From an uncultured Methanosarcinales archaeon (GTDB lineage: Archaea; Nanobdellota; Nanobdellia; Woesearchaeales; GW2011-AR9), in NCBI GenBank assembly GCA_964368095.1, contig CAYIZT010000002.1:1-52217 (forward strand): DNA of 52,217 bases, written 5' to 3'. The notes beneath the pieces were generated by a model. The model did not search any database and was not told the DNA's origin. It was given only the letters and a program-made list of their open reading frames with translations. Every line of letters starts with the position of its first letter. Position 1 is the first letter of the stretch. A program made the translations under genes and the position numbers. Below are positions 1 through 9,838 of the stretch, piece after piece.

Positions 1-471
1 CTTGCCAAAAGAAAAGGATGTAAAGTATGGGCTTGCGATGGCAGTGAACGGAGAACAAGTATTGTCAGAATCTTATCAACAATTTCTGACTTGGATGTAA
101 CTTGCGAAAAATTGTTGCTCGATGAACAGAATGTTCATACCCTGCCTGAAGCAGATGTTACTTTATTTCTCTCTGTCTATCATCAGATCTATATCAATCA
201 AGGAAAGAAAGCTGCAGATAAAATATTGCTGGTTCTTTGGAAAAAAACAAAAAGGACAATGATTTTTGCGATGGCTGATAGCAGAGAACAGGATTATCCT
301 AAATATGTTGAAGGGATGAAAGATTTTGGTCTTGAACAAGACGAGATAATGGAAAATGTAACTGCACTTTTACAGTCTCTGCCTAACAGCAAAGTTACTA
401 TCATCGGGCAATGTGATTATTTCAATGTGACCTCGCCTCGTTATTTTTTCAAGGTTGAAAAGGAATCTTAA
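1..471 (+). CDS. hypothetical protein, 5'-partial (open at window start)
   Basis: Frame 1 has no stop from nt 1 to the stop at 469-471. The track ORF 91..471 is only its 3' part. No motif recognised. Confidence 0.4.
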   Translation, partial: LAKRKGCKVWACDGSERRTSIVRILSTISDLDVTCEKLLLDEQNVHTLPEADVTLFLSVYHQIYINQGKKAADKILLVLWKKTKRTMIFAMADSREQDYPKYVEGMKDFGLEQDEIMENVTALLQSLPNSKVTIIGQCDYFNVTSPRYFFKVEKES

Positions 472-1643
472 TTCACTTTATTTGCGATTTCTTTTAGATT
501 CTCTATAATCCTATTAATATCCTCTGCATTCCAATTCACTAAAATAGGCAGGGCGATAGACCTTCGCAGCAGATCGTTTGAGTTCTTCCAAACCTGACTT
601 AGCTCTTTTCCTTTGTATTCATCGAAATCATGAAATATCTGGGTCCAGGTGCCAGCAAAATGCCAGTCTATCGCATCAGGGACATTTTTGGTGCCCAAAC
701 CTTTCTCTTTCATCATTTTTGCGAACAGTTTAGCTTTATCTTTGTTTTCGACAAAAAAGAATAAAGTGTCACCTGCATCACCTTCTGGGTCAGGAAGCTC
801 ACGGAATTCAATGTTCTTTACCTCTCTTAAAGCATCTTTTATTATTTTTTTATGCTCTCGCTGTTTTCCTAAGATATAATCCATTTTTTTTAGTTGCGCA
901 AGACCTACCGCTCCCTGCATTTCATTCATCTTATAATTGAAACCCCAGATAGTCCTAGTGTCTTCTCCTCGAGGAACGTTAGGGTTTAACTCATGGCCGT
1001 GATCGCAATATTCTCTTGCGCCCCTAAATAATTTTTCATCGTTTGTCACGATGGCTCCGCCTTCTCCGGTGGTGATAATCTTCCCTCCGTCAAAACTGTA
1101 TATTCCCATGTCACCGATTGTTCCTACCGGTTTTCCGTTATACACAGCTCCAAAAGCTTGACAGCTGTCTTCCAGTACTTTGAGATTATGTCTCTTCGCG
1201 ATGAGCATGATTTCATCCATCTTGGCCGCTACACCGCCCATATGGACCGGAATGATTACCTTGGTCTTGCTGGTGATCTTATTCCGTAGATCGACTGGAT
1301 CCATATTAAGAGATCTGTCTATCTCGGTGATGACCGGTATCGCACCTAGTTCCAGAATCGCTTCAACAGTAGCGATGAAAGTGAAAGACTGAGTTATAAC
1401 TTCATCTCCCTGTTTCACTCCCAGTGCAACTAAGGCTGCTTTTAGCCCGGAAGTCCCGCTGGAAGTGCAATAAGTGTATTTTACATTTACTTTTTTTGCG
1501 ATCTCTTTCTCAAAATCATCTACTCTGAAAATATGATTTCTACGAACATCAAAGGCACTTCTGTACAGGACGCCGTTACTTCTCTCAAAAATGTCATTTA
1601 ATGCTTCCTTTTCTTCTTTTCCCAATAATTCCCAGCCAGGCAT
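468..1643 (-). CDS. DegT/DnrJ/EryC1/StrS-family PLP-dependent sugar aminotransferase
   Basis: 391 aa. Family-typical YSFDGGKIITTGEGGAIV block (PLP-lysine region) and overall length. Sits in a sugar-modification cluster. Confidence 0.85.
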   Translation of the reverse strand: MPGWELLGKEEKEALNDIFERSNGVLYRSAFDVRRNHIFRVDDFEKEIAKKVNVKYTYCTSSGTSGLKAALVALGVKQGDEVITQSFTFIATVEAILELGAIPVITEIDRSLNMDPVDLRNKITSKTKVIIPVHMGGVAAKMDEIMLIAKRHNLKVLEDSCQAFGAVYNGKPVGTIGDMGIYSFDGGKIITTGEGGAIVTNDEKLFRGAREYCDHGHELNPNVPRGEDTRTIWGFNYKMNEMQGAVGLAQLKKMDYILGKQREHKKIIKDALREVKNIEFRELPDPEGDAGDTLFFFVENKDKAKLFAKMMKEKGLGTKNVPDAIDWHFAGTWTQIFHDFDEYKGKELSQVWKNSNDLLRRSIALPILVNWNAEDINRIIENLKEIANKVN

Positions 1644-1699
1644 TTTTGTACCTCTTTATTATTTTTTATTATGTTTTTTTATAATTTTTATTTCTGTTT

Positions 1700-2851
1700 T
1701 TAAAACATGCTTTCTAATATTGTATCTACATCTTCCAATTCCATCTTGAGCGGATTCTGATTTATACCACCCATCATATATTTTGAGGTGAATTCTAAAA
1801 TTGCAGGTTTGTGCTCTTTGCTGATCTTGAAATGAGTCAGTTTCTTTGGAACATTCAAGGCACTAGATAATTCTTCCATCTTCCGGATAAATAATTTATT
1901 TTTTTCCTGGTCGGAGATTTCTTGGCCAGGGCAGATACTGTCATACAACTCAGTATAACCAGTAAAACCTTTTTCTACATTAAATTTAACTATCTTATCG
2001 ATGAAAATCCCACCGGCAATCCCATGCGGGACTTTAAAGAGCGAACCTAATGGATAAGATAAACTTGATGAAGGACCACCGCCAGTTTCTAAGGAAATGC
2101 CGGCCAAATAGCTTCCTAAGAGCAGCTTGCCTCTAACTTCGACATTCTGCGGATCGTTAAGCACTTTTAATAAATTCAGATACATCAATTGGAATGATTC
2201 CTTGCCTACCATCCTGGAGAGCGGATTAGAAGTCTTACTGACAAAACTTTCCACTACGTGCACGATAGCATCCATCCCAGATGATACCGTCACTGAAGGA
2301 GGGCATGACAAGGTAAGGTTAGGATCGAGTATGGCGTAGATAGGATAATTTAATCGCGAATTGATCCCTAATTTTCTTTTTTCTGCAGAATCGGTAAATA
2401 CTGCATTGTAAGTCACTTCACTTCCAGTGCCTGCAGTAGTCGGGATGGCAATCACCGGCAAAGGTTTATTCTTCAGGTCCGGGAAGCCGCGATAGGCGAT
2501 CGCTTTTCCTGGATTGGCAAGTAGGACAGCTATACCTTTGGCAAGGTCGAGACTGCTTCCTCCACCAACGCCGATTAAACATTCATATTCTATTCCAGCG
2601 AAATTTTTTTTGAACTCGTCTAAAAAATCGTAATCCGGCTCAGCTACTTCATTAACAAAAGCATCAAAGGTGATGCCTTCAGCTTTTATTTTAGCGAACA
2701 CATTTTGCAGATCAACATTATTAGCCACGCCTTTATCGATTACTGCTGCAACTTTAGTGAATTTTTCTTTTTTGAGAAGTTCAGGCAATTCTTCTATTTT
2801 ACCCGGCCCGAAAATCAGGTTGGTTTTTATCTGGATTTTGAACGGCAACAT
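1700..2851 (-). CDS. iron-containing (group III) alcohol dehydrogenase-family oxidoreductase
   Basis: 383 aa with GVGGGSSLDLAKGIAV, AIPTTAGTGSEVT and DAIVHVVES metal/NAD motifs typical of the Fe-ADH / dehydroquinate-synthase-like fold. Confidence 0.75.
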   Translation of the reverse strand: MLPFKIQIKTNLIFGPGKIEELPELLKKEKFTKVAAVIDKGVANNVDLQNVFAKIKAEGITFDAFVNEVAEPDYDFLDEFKKNFAGIEYECLIGVGGGSSLDLAKGIAVLLANPGKAIAYRGFPDLKNKPLPVIAIPTTAGTGSEVTYNAVFTDSAEKRKLGINSRLNYPIYAILDPNLTLSCPPSVTVSSGMDAIVHVVESFVSKTSNPLSRMVGKESFQLMYLNLLKVLNDPQNVEVRGKLLLGSYLAGISLETGGGPSSSLSYPLGSLFKVPHGIAGGIFIDKIVKFNVEKGFTGYTELYDSICPGQEISDQEKNKLFIRKMEELSSALNVPKKLTHFKISKEHKPAILEFTSKYMMGGINQNPLKMELEDVDTILESMF

Positions 2852-2911
2852 GGTATATTAACACATCGACTTGCTTTTAAAAGTTATGATACTCACTTTC
2901 CTATGCCTTAT

Positions 2912-4708
2912 TCAGGCCTTGTCTTGATTTTTATTCTCGTCTATGACTTTCTGAAAATCATCACAAAAAGGCGCTATCAACTGTAATAAGTCTGGCCGTG
3001 TGTCTAAATATGCGATAATTTCCTGGATAGGAACCAATGGGGCCTGATCTTTAAACTGCCGATATACTGCACGGCAAAGGACTAAGTCTTCAGGATAATC
3101 TACAGATAACCTGATATCAGGCCGATTGAGGTTTTTAGGTATCTCGATGTTTTTAATCTTAAATTGTTGAGGATTTTCCCGGATATACAACGAGCATAAT
3201 TCTGATCTGTGACGGCGTTCTCCCTGAGCATGCGCTTTTTTGACAGTATCAAGCTTGATTATCTCAAAATTAGTGCTGTCAGTAACATTATCGGCAACTG
3301 TCGCATCATTTCCATCTTTAAGATGGGTACTCCAAGCATTTTCTACTGCTTCAAAATAAAGGAAAGGACATTCTGTAGTTACTCTGAAAATATCGGTAGC
3401 ATTTGCTTTATCCCCGCACTGGATCAAGCGCTGCAATACGTCTTCTTCATTACCGCGAATATAAGAAATTCCGTGTTTTTCTGCGTAACTGACAAAGACA
3501 TCATTAACCACTCCTTCAGAGATACCTAAGACAATGCCTTGGATGCAAGAGATTTTTTTCAAAGATAAGATCAATTGGTCAAGGACAGTGATGTTAGAAG
3601 CTAGGTCCAGATTATGCAGAGGTTTGCCGAATAAACGTGCTCCACTATTGCGGCAGGCCAAAGTCGCGACCAATTTTCTCGTGCCAGATCCATCTGCAGC
3701 GCTTACATTCTCCAAGGCTTCTTCTAAAATAGGATCGTTCCGGAAAAGATTCTTATTTATTTTTTTTCCTATCACTAGCTCTTTGCTGTTTATGGTCTTG
3801 TTCTCTTTGAATCTTTCATTGACTCTTTTCAACTCTATCTTATCCTTGGTAAGCATGGTCCCTATAGGTAGATCATCCTTCGCTACCACAACCTTTACTG
3901 CTTTTTTTCGATACGCTTCTTCTAAAGGCGTGAGGGTTAAGCTGGAAATTCCTAAGGCAGGCTCGTACTTGCGGATGATCCTGACAAATTCTTTGAATTT
4001 ACTCGGTGCCAAGGCAGAGATTGAATCTTCCATCTTAAGCAATGGATCAAGAGTCAGATGCTTCTCAATACAACTGATGCCTGTGCTAAGAGCCATCAAT
4101 GGAAGATTTAATGCATCTTCTGAAATGCCGAGAGAATGGTCCATGAAACCAAATTCAAATCCGGGGAATTCTTTTTGCAATGCCGTTATTCGTGAAAGAT
4201 TGTTGTTCTCTAAAGGAGTAGGTTCTGCCTGGAAGCCGAACATGAAACAGATATTTTTCCCAGGCTGAAGAGATTCTCTCTCGATAAAAGCTTTGATGTC
4301 TGGCAGAGGGATCCCACCAACAGAAATGAATACTTTCTTGAATCCTTCCTTCAGCACTGCCTGTACAAGTTCCTTATTATAAAATTCTGTAGTAGAGAGT
4401 TTAATCCCGTCAGCTTTAAGCTCTTTAGCCAGTTCAAGGCCTTTCTCTCCATACACATCAAAATATACTTTTTTTCCGGCTTGATGGATCTTATCGACGG
4501 TCTTCTGCCATACTTCTTTCGGCATCTCCAAAAGCTTGAAAGCATTATAAAAATGGTAATCAGGAGTGGATAATTCGTCCGCATAAACAATCTGGATCTT
4601 AACTGCATCAGCATCAGATTCAATTGCTCCTGAAGCGAGCAGACTGGTCAGTTTTGGATCGCCGTCATATCCTTGAGCGAGTTCAGCGATTATCTCTATC
4701 TTTTCCAT
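2912..4708 (-). CDS. fusion protein: NeuB/SpsE-like nonulosonic-acid synthase (TIM barrel + SAF) plus SpsF-like cytidylyltransferase domain
   Basis: The N-half has IIAELAQGYDG...DADAVKIQ, GFMDHSLG, IEKHLTLD and a SAF-like VVVAKDDLPIGTML segment. The C-half has LACRNSGARLFGKPL (CTP_transf_3-like). Confidence 0.75.
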   Translation of the reverse strand: MEKIEIIAELAQGYDGDPKLTSLLASGAIESDADAVKIQIVYADELSTPDYHFYNAFKLLEMPKEVWQKTVDKIHQAGKKVYFDVYGEKGLELAKELKADGIKLSTTEFYNKELVQAVLKEGFKKVFISVGGIPLPDIKAFIERESLQPGKNICFMFGFQAEPTPLENNNLSRITALQKEFPGFEFGFMDHSLGISEDALNLPLMALSTGISCIEKHLTLDPLLKMEDSISALAPSKFKEFVRIIRKYEPALGISSLTLTPLEEAYRKKAVKVVVAKDDLPIGTMLTKDKIELKRVNERFKENKTINSKELVIGKKINKNLFRNDPILEEALENVSAADGSGTRKLVATLACRNSGARLFGKPLHNLDLASNITVLDQLILSLKKISCIQGIVLGISEGVVNDVFVSYAEKHGISYIRGNEEDVLQRLIQCGDKANATDIFRVTTECPFLYFEAVENAWSTHLKDGNDATVADNVTDSTNFEIIKLDTVKKAHAQGERRHRSELCSLYIRENPQQFKIKNIEIPKNLNRPDIRLSVDYPEDLVLCRAVYRQFKDQAPLVPIQEIIAYLDTRPDLLQLIAPFCDDFQKVIDENKNQDKA

Positions 4709-4768
4709 ATAATCTCCGGTGTGTTTCGATTTTTAAATATTCTGCAAGAAAGGACTTTTTCTGATCAA

Positions 4769-6379
4769 TCAGCTCATCTTGTAGATGAGGTCCCGCAAGC
4801 GTTCATTCTCCTTTCCGTCTACTTTGTAACAGTAGGATTCAACAGTTTCCTGCCGTTTCTTTTTCCAATGCGGCGGATCCAGCAAGGCTTCTGCAGCAGC
4901 TTTGGTCAGATCGTCATGCTTGGTAACTTGGATCCCTCCATTCCAGATGCCGTCATCAGCGTTCGGCACGGTCGGCAGGACGATATCCATGCTTACGACA
5001 GGCTTGCCAAGGATCATGGCTTGCAGCGCTACGGTGGAATAAAGATTTACCACTATATCGCTGTCGTTGATCAAGGTATAAAGAACAGACTGGCCGCGTT
5101 CCTGTGTTACTTTCATGTTCTTCCAGCCTTCTTTCTCGATAATCTTTACATAGTGATCAAAATTACGTTCTGCCGGATGAAGTTTGATGACAATCTCTTT
5201 CTGTAATACGGAAAGCTGCCGTAAGATCGAGGTTATATTTTGGAAATATTCTTCTTTAGACAGCCTATTTCCTTCGATGAGCGAAGTAGTTATCAGTAAA
5301 ATTTTATCAGTTTTTTTCTGTTCTTTCTGCACAAAGGAATAGATCTCTTCAAATGCGATCGGGCCGATAATCTCGATATCCTTGCGGTCAATTCCCCATT
5401 TCATGAGCCGGTCGGCAAACTTTTCTCCAAATACGCCTATAGCTACCTTCATGCCCGGAAATAGCTCTGGATCAGAGGTGGCCAAACCTTCACCATGCTG
5501 AATGATTACGAGGGGGACATCTAATTTTGCCGCAGCGGCGATCATACAACGTTCAAAGAAACCGGTGGTGGCAGTAATTACGATGCATTGGACTGACTGT
5601 TCCTGCAGGGCTCGTTTCGTAGCCAGATAATAAAGGATAGAATGGTACATGAATTCCCGCGAAAAAAAGAAATCAAGAGTTGGCTGCAGATTTTCCCATT
5701 TATTGCCAAATAACCCTTCTTTAGGCAGGGCAGTCCATTTTGAATACATCTCTTTTGATATTTTTTTTGCCTGCTCCTGCTCATCTTTACCCACATAATG
5801 ATAAATGGTATTCTCCATTTTTTTAATCTCTTTGTAGGAATGGCCAGAGATTGGATCTGCGAACAAGGTGAAAGGTTCAACTTGGTCCTCTTCCTTAAGC
5901 AAGTTAAGGATGGAATTGATCCTATAAAGTTCGCCGCTTTTTTTATTTATATGGCTGGTATAGGTAAGAAACAATACTCTCTTCTTTTTAGAATATTTTT
6001 CTGGCTGCTTTTTGGTCTTGTCTACAATCCGTACTTTTATCCTCTCATTATAATGGATGTATCTCTGAAAAGCCAGACGCAGTAATTGGTAATATCCTTT
6101 CTCTAAAGGATTAATTTTTTGTTTTTTTACCAACGCAGGGGTATTGAATTGTTTGGGCAGGACGTGCGAGGTAATCAATCGGCGGTAGAACCACCAGAGA
6201 GGAATCCCATCAAACTGAAATTCTTGACTGAATTTTTTACCATTGGTCTCTTTTTCATTTAGGTCTCCTAGAATGGCATCGACTATATTTACGAACGATT
6301 GAAGGGTTTTTACTGCTTTATCTTTTTGGCTTTCCGGCACAGCCTGACTTTGGCTATTTATAGTGTCATGGTCTTTCAT
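4769..6379 (-). CDS. putative GT-B-fold polysaccharide biosynthesis enzyme (TagF/SpsB- or capsule-synthesis-like)
   Basis: C-terminal Rossmann-like block (ILLITTS...IVIKLHPAE...SDIVVNLYSTVALQAMILGKPVV). The start is moved to the internal ATG at 6379 (MKDHD), which removes the overlap with the upstream gene. Confidence 0.35.
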   Translation of the reverse strand: MKDHDTINSQSQAVPESQKDKAVKTLQSFVNIVDAILGDLNEKETNGKKFSQEFQFDGIPLWWFYRRLITSHVLPKQFNTPALVKKQKINPLEKGYYQLLRLAFQRYIHYNERIKVRIVDKTKKQPEKYSKKKRVLFLTYTSHINKKSGELYRINSILNLLKEEDQVEPFTLFADPISGHSYKEIKKMENTIYHYVGKDEQEQAKKISKEMYSKWTALPKEGLFGNKWENLQPTLDFFFSREFMYHSILYYLATKRALQEQSVQCIVITATTGFFERCMIAAAAKLDVPLVIIQHGEGLATSDPELFPGMKVAIGVFGEKFADRLMKWGIDRKDIEIIGPIAFEEIYSFVQKEQKKTDKILLITTSLIEGNRLSKEEYFQNITSILRQLSVLQKEIVIKLHPAERNFDHYVKIIEKEGWKNMKVTQERGQSVLYTLINDSDIVVNLYSTVALQAMILGKPVVSMDIVLPTVPNADDGIWNGGIQVTKHDDLTKAAAEALLDPPHWKKKRQETVESYCYKVDGKENERLRDLIYKMS

Positions 6380-6383
6380 ATTC

Positions 6384-7652
6384 TTAGACCATCTTTTCAA
6401 TTTTCTGCGCAATAACCTCTACTATGCTATGCTGGTCAGTTTTAATCTTCATCAGATATAACTCCGAGAATCTATCATAAGCTTTAAGCTGCTTCTGCAG
6501 GTCTTCGATGCGGAATTCAGGTCTTCTTTCTGCAAGGACTTCGGGATAGTTCCATAAAAGGATATGTTTTGGCTTTGGGAGAATCATGAAGCAAAACCTG
6601 CAGATCTTTTTGTTCATGTTGGGTGAAGCGAAAAGGTCAATATATCCGCGATCGGTGATGACAACATCATTAAAGATTCTCTTCGGATGGACTTGGACTA
6701 CGTACCGCAGCAAATACTCAACATAATAAACAAAGGGGGCGATATTGTTGAGCAGCGAAGAGTTGAAAATCCGCACTTCTCTGGCGAATTCTTCTTTTTT
6801 GCCTTCGGCGTCTTTCACTTCAAATTTTTTTCCTTCGATTTTATTAGGCTTGAATAATTTTAACAGGAAATTGATAGGGAGCATGCGGAACTGGATCCTG
6901 CCGCTGTAGATATGTGCGGTCTCGATATTCTCCTGCTTAAGTTTTTCTACTAAATTCTTGACCGTAGTAGATTTTCCGCTGCCATTGCATCCGACAATAG
7001 CGACGTAGGGAGAAGGGTTGATAAATTTGTATATCCTTTTCAGGATTTTGTTGGGCTTGCCCCGGAAACATAGAGCTAATTTTTGAGAATTGTTGAACTG
7101 AAGCTGGATTTCTGATAAATGCTTCCGGTCTTCCACGCATTTGGCTATGGCGGCATAATTTTTGAATGCATGCGAACAGAGTAATGATAGTTTAGAATAA
7201 TTTATTTTTTCAGCAGCTAATAGGATAAACTCTTCTTCGTATTTTTGCTTTTGTTTGCGTGAGCCGTATTTGTAGAGCAGTATAAACAATCTTTCTTCTG
7301 GCGACAGGATAGACTCTTCTGCTGGAAGCGAGGAAGCAGGATTTAATTTTTTTCCGATCCTGCCCAATCCTCCGCCGAATCCGCCAATATATCCGCCAAC
7401 ATGAGCGCCTAGGGAGATTATTTCTTCGTTATGAAACGCTTTGTATGAACGGCTTTGCGGAGGCCAACGCCCTTTGCGCCTGAATCCATTTCTTTGCAGG
7501 ATGCTTTCAAATCCGCGGATATCTTTCTTAGCGACAATAATATCGATATCTCCGCGCTTTTTCCAGCGGGAATCAATGAAGCGGTAAGCGATGTTGTGCT
7601 GGGAAAGCTGCTCTGCCAGTCCGTTCACAAAGGCTATATTTTTTGGCTCCAT
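6384..7652 (-). CDS. two-domain protein: nucleotidyltransferase-like N-domain + dTMP-kinase-like P-loop domain
   Basis: The N-terminus has a GDIDIIV pol-beta-NTase-like motif. The C-half has Walker A VGCNGSGKST, YYVEYLLRYV and TDRGYID. It is a paralog of 11588..12244. Confidence 0.45.
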   Translation of the reverse strand: MEPKNIAFVNGLAEQLSQHNIAYRFIDSRWKKRGDIDIIVAKKDIRGFESILQRNGFRRKGRWPPQSRSYKAFHNEEIISLGAHVGGYIGGFGGGLGRIGKKLNPASSLPAEESILSPEERLFILLYKYGSRKQKQKYEEEFILLAAEKINYSKLSLLCSHAFKNYAAIAKCVEDRKHLSEIQLQFNNSQKLALCFRGKPNKILKRIYKFINPSPYVAIVGCNGSGKSTTVKNLVEKLKQENIETAHIYSGRIQFRMLPINFLLKLFKPNKIEGKKFEVKDAEGKKEEFAREVRIFNSSLLNNIAPFVYYVEYLLRYVVQVHPKRIFNDVVITDRGYIDLFASPNMNKKICRFCFMILPKPKHILLWNYPEVLAERRPEFRIEDLQKQLKAYDRFSELYLMKIKTDQHSIVEVIAQKIEKMV

Positions 7653-7737
7653 ATTTTGCTTTTATTTGTCTCTTATCCCCTTTAAAAAGATTGTTAAAGC
7701 ATAAACTTAATAAAAATAAGTCTAGCTTGAAAAGCTA

Positions 7738-8781
7738 ATGAAAATACTCGTAGTCCATGAATTGTTTTTACCGGATTTTGCCGGCGGAGGAGAGAAATTA
7801 GTTTACGAAACTGCCAGAAACCTGCAGAAAGCAGGGCATGAAGTGCGCGTGGTCACTACCGGAGATTCAGCGGTGGCTTATTTTGAATCAATCCCAACTT
7901 TCCGCGTTAAAAGAAACCGTTACTTGTTCAATTTTTCTTTCTGGACCATCGCTAAGCATGCAAAATGGGCGGACCTGATTCAAACCAGCACCTATAATGC
8001 CTGCTTTCCTTCCTGGGCTGTCGCTAAATTATTCCGGAAGCCGATCGCCTGCCTGATCATGAGTTACTGGGGGGAAGAATGGGGCAGGATGCGTCCTGGC
8101 ATCACCGGAACGATTTCGAAGTTATTTGAGAGATTTACCTTACATCGTCATTTTGATGCAAACATTTTCTTGAGTGATTTTTCTAAATCTTTTGCGTTAG
8201 GTTCAGGGATGCCTAATAAAAATATGGTGGTGATAAATCCGGGCGTCGAGACCTCCCTTTACAAGCCCCTGCCTAAGGAAAACATTATTCTGTTCAGCGG
8301 CCGATTTGCCAAACAGAAAGGCGTTTATGATGTTCTTAAAGTTGCTGCCTTGCTGCCGCAATTCAAGTTTGTGATGATGGGCTGGGGAGAAGAAGAGGTA
8401 TGCTTACGTAAAGAAGCTCCAGCAAATGTCACTTTCCTGAACAAGTCTATAAAAGACGGAAAAGAATTTTTTGAACGATATAGCACCGCTTCTGTATTCT
8501 TCCTGCCTTCCTACGGGGAAACTTTCGGTTTTGTGTTAGTGGAAGCTATGGCTGCCGGATGCGCAGTCGTTTCAACTATCCCTTTGGGTTTTAAAGGTGC
8601 ATTAGTAGAGAAAGGAAATGTCCAGCAGATGGCCGCAGAAATTTCTCGATTGATGGAGAACAAAACGTTAAGCAGGACGTATGGTACAGAAAACAGCAGA
8701 TTAGCTCGACAATACACCTGGGAGAATTATACTACTAAGCTTATAGAAGAGTATGAAAGGTTATTGAGAAAAAAAGCATAA
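7738..8781 (+). CDS. glycosyltransferase family 4 (GT-B, retaining)
   Basis: 347 aa. E-x7-E region ETFGFVLVEAMAAGCAVVST. Confidence 0.8.
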   Translation: MKILVVHELFLPDFAGGGEKLVYETARNLQKAGHEVRVVTTGDSAVAYFESIPTFRVKRNRYLFNFSFWTIAKHAKWADLIQTSTYNACFPSWAVAKLFRKPIACLIMSYWGEEWGRMRPGITGTISKLFERFTLHRHFDANIFLSDFSKSFALGSGMPNKNMVVINPGVETSLYKPLPKENIILFSGRFAKQKGVYDVLKVAALLPQFKFVMMGWGEEEVCLRKEAPANVTFLNKSIKDGKEFFERYSTASVFFLPSYGETFGFVLVEAMAAGCAVVSTIPLGFKGALVEKGNVQQMAAEISRLMENKTLSRTYGTENSRLARQYTWENYTTKLIEEYERLLRKKA

Positions 8782-8821
8782 TTCATAACCTTTAAAAAGA
8801 AATTTTTGGTGAGATAAATTT

Positions 8822-9796
8822 ATGGATTGGAGAGATCAGAAAGTATTGGTAACTGGAGCGGCCGGTTTCGTGGGCGGCTGGCTGGCCAAAACTCTGGCCG
8901 ATAAAGGAGCTCAGGTTGTCGTTCTAGTGCGAGATGAGAAAAAGTATTCTGCTTTAGACTTACATGATTTGCGAGAAAAAGTGATTACTATCAAAGGCGA
9001 TGTTGCTGATTATCATTTGATCAAAAGGATTCTGAATGAGCATTCTATCTCTTTTTGCTTTCACTTGGCGGCCCAGGCGATAGTGGGTATCGCTAATCGT
9101 TCTCCTCTGTCCACATTTGAGACTAACATCAAAGGAACTTGGACACTACTGGAGGCAATCCGGGAAGTTAACAATCCTCATTTTCAGGGAATCATCGTAG
9201 CTTCGACGGATAAGGCTTACGGTGTTCATGAGCAGCTTCCGTATACAGAAGAAAGCGAATTGAAAGGATTATATCCGTATGACGCATCTAAGGTTTGCGC
9301 AGATGTACTGGCGCGCTGTTACGCAGTAGCCTACAATATGCCGGTAGCAGTAACCAGAAAAGCGAATGTTTATGGTGGCGGAGATTTAAACCTAAGCAGG
9401 ATCGTTCCTGATGCGATTAGGTGTTTAGTGCAGGGACAGGAATTGTTGATCAGGAGCGATGGGACTCCAGAGCGCGATTATCTTTATATCAAGGATGCGG
9501 TTGCCGGTTATATCATATTAGCAGAAAATATGAATAAGCCGGAAGTGCGCGGCCAGGCATTTAATTTCTCTTCGGGAAAACCAGTCAGCGTACTGCAGTT
9601 AGTCAATGTGATCGCTAAAACGTATGGTGTTGATATCCAACCTAAAATATTGGGGCAGGCTAAAAATGAAATTGATAGGCAATTTCTCGCCAACGGCAAA
9701 GCGAAAGCAGTTTTGGGCTGGGCGCCACAGTATTCTTTAGATGATGGGATGAAAGAGACAGTTGAATGGTATAAGGAACACTTTAAGAAATATTAG
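8822..9796 (+). CDS. NAD-dependent sugar epimerase/dehydratase (extended SDR), possibly CDP-glucose 4,6-dehydratase
   Basis: GAAGFVGGWL Rossmann motif and a YDASK catalytic YxxxK. It is convergent with a glucose-1-phosphate cytidylyltransferase gene. Confidence 0.7.
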   Translation: MDWRDQKVLVTGAAGFVGGWLAKTLADKGAQVVVLVRDEKKYSALDLHDLREKVITIKGDVADYHLIKRILNEHSISFCFHLAAQAIVGIANRSPLSTFETNIKGTWTLLEAIREVNNPHFQGIIVASTDKAYGVHEQLPYTEESELKGLYPYDASKVCADVLARCYAVAYNMPVAVTRKANVYGGGDLNLSRIVPDAIRCLVQGQELLIRSDGTPERDYLYIKDAVAGYIILAENMNKPEVRGQAFNFSSGKPVSVLQLVNVIAKTYGVDIQPKILGQAKNEIDRQFLANGKAKAVLGWAPQYSLDDGMKETVEWYKEHFKKY

Positions 9797-9838
9797 AACA
9801 TCAATTAAAAAATATATTAAGAAATTTTAATCAATTGT

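Noticed and set aside
3534-4268. 244-aa + strand ORF
   Set aside because: It is entirely antisense to the strongly supported NeuB/cytidylyltransferase fusion gene. The translation is low-complexity (S/F/L-rich) with no motif, so it is a typical shadow ORF.
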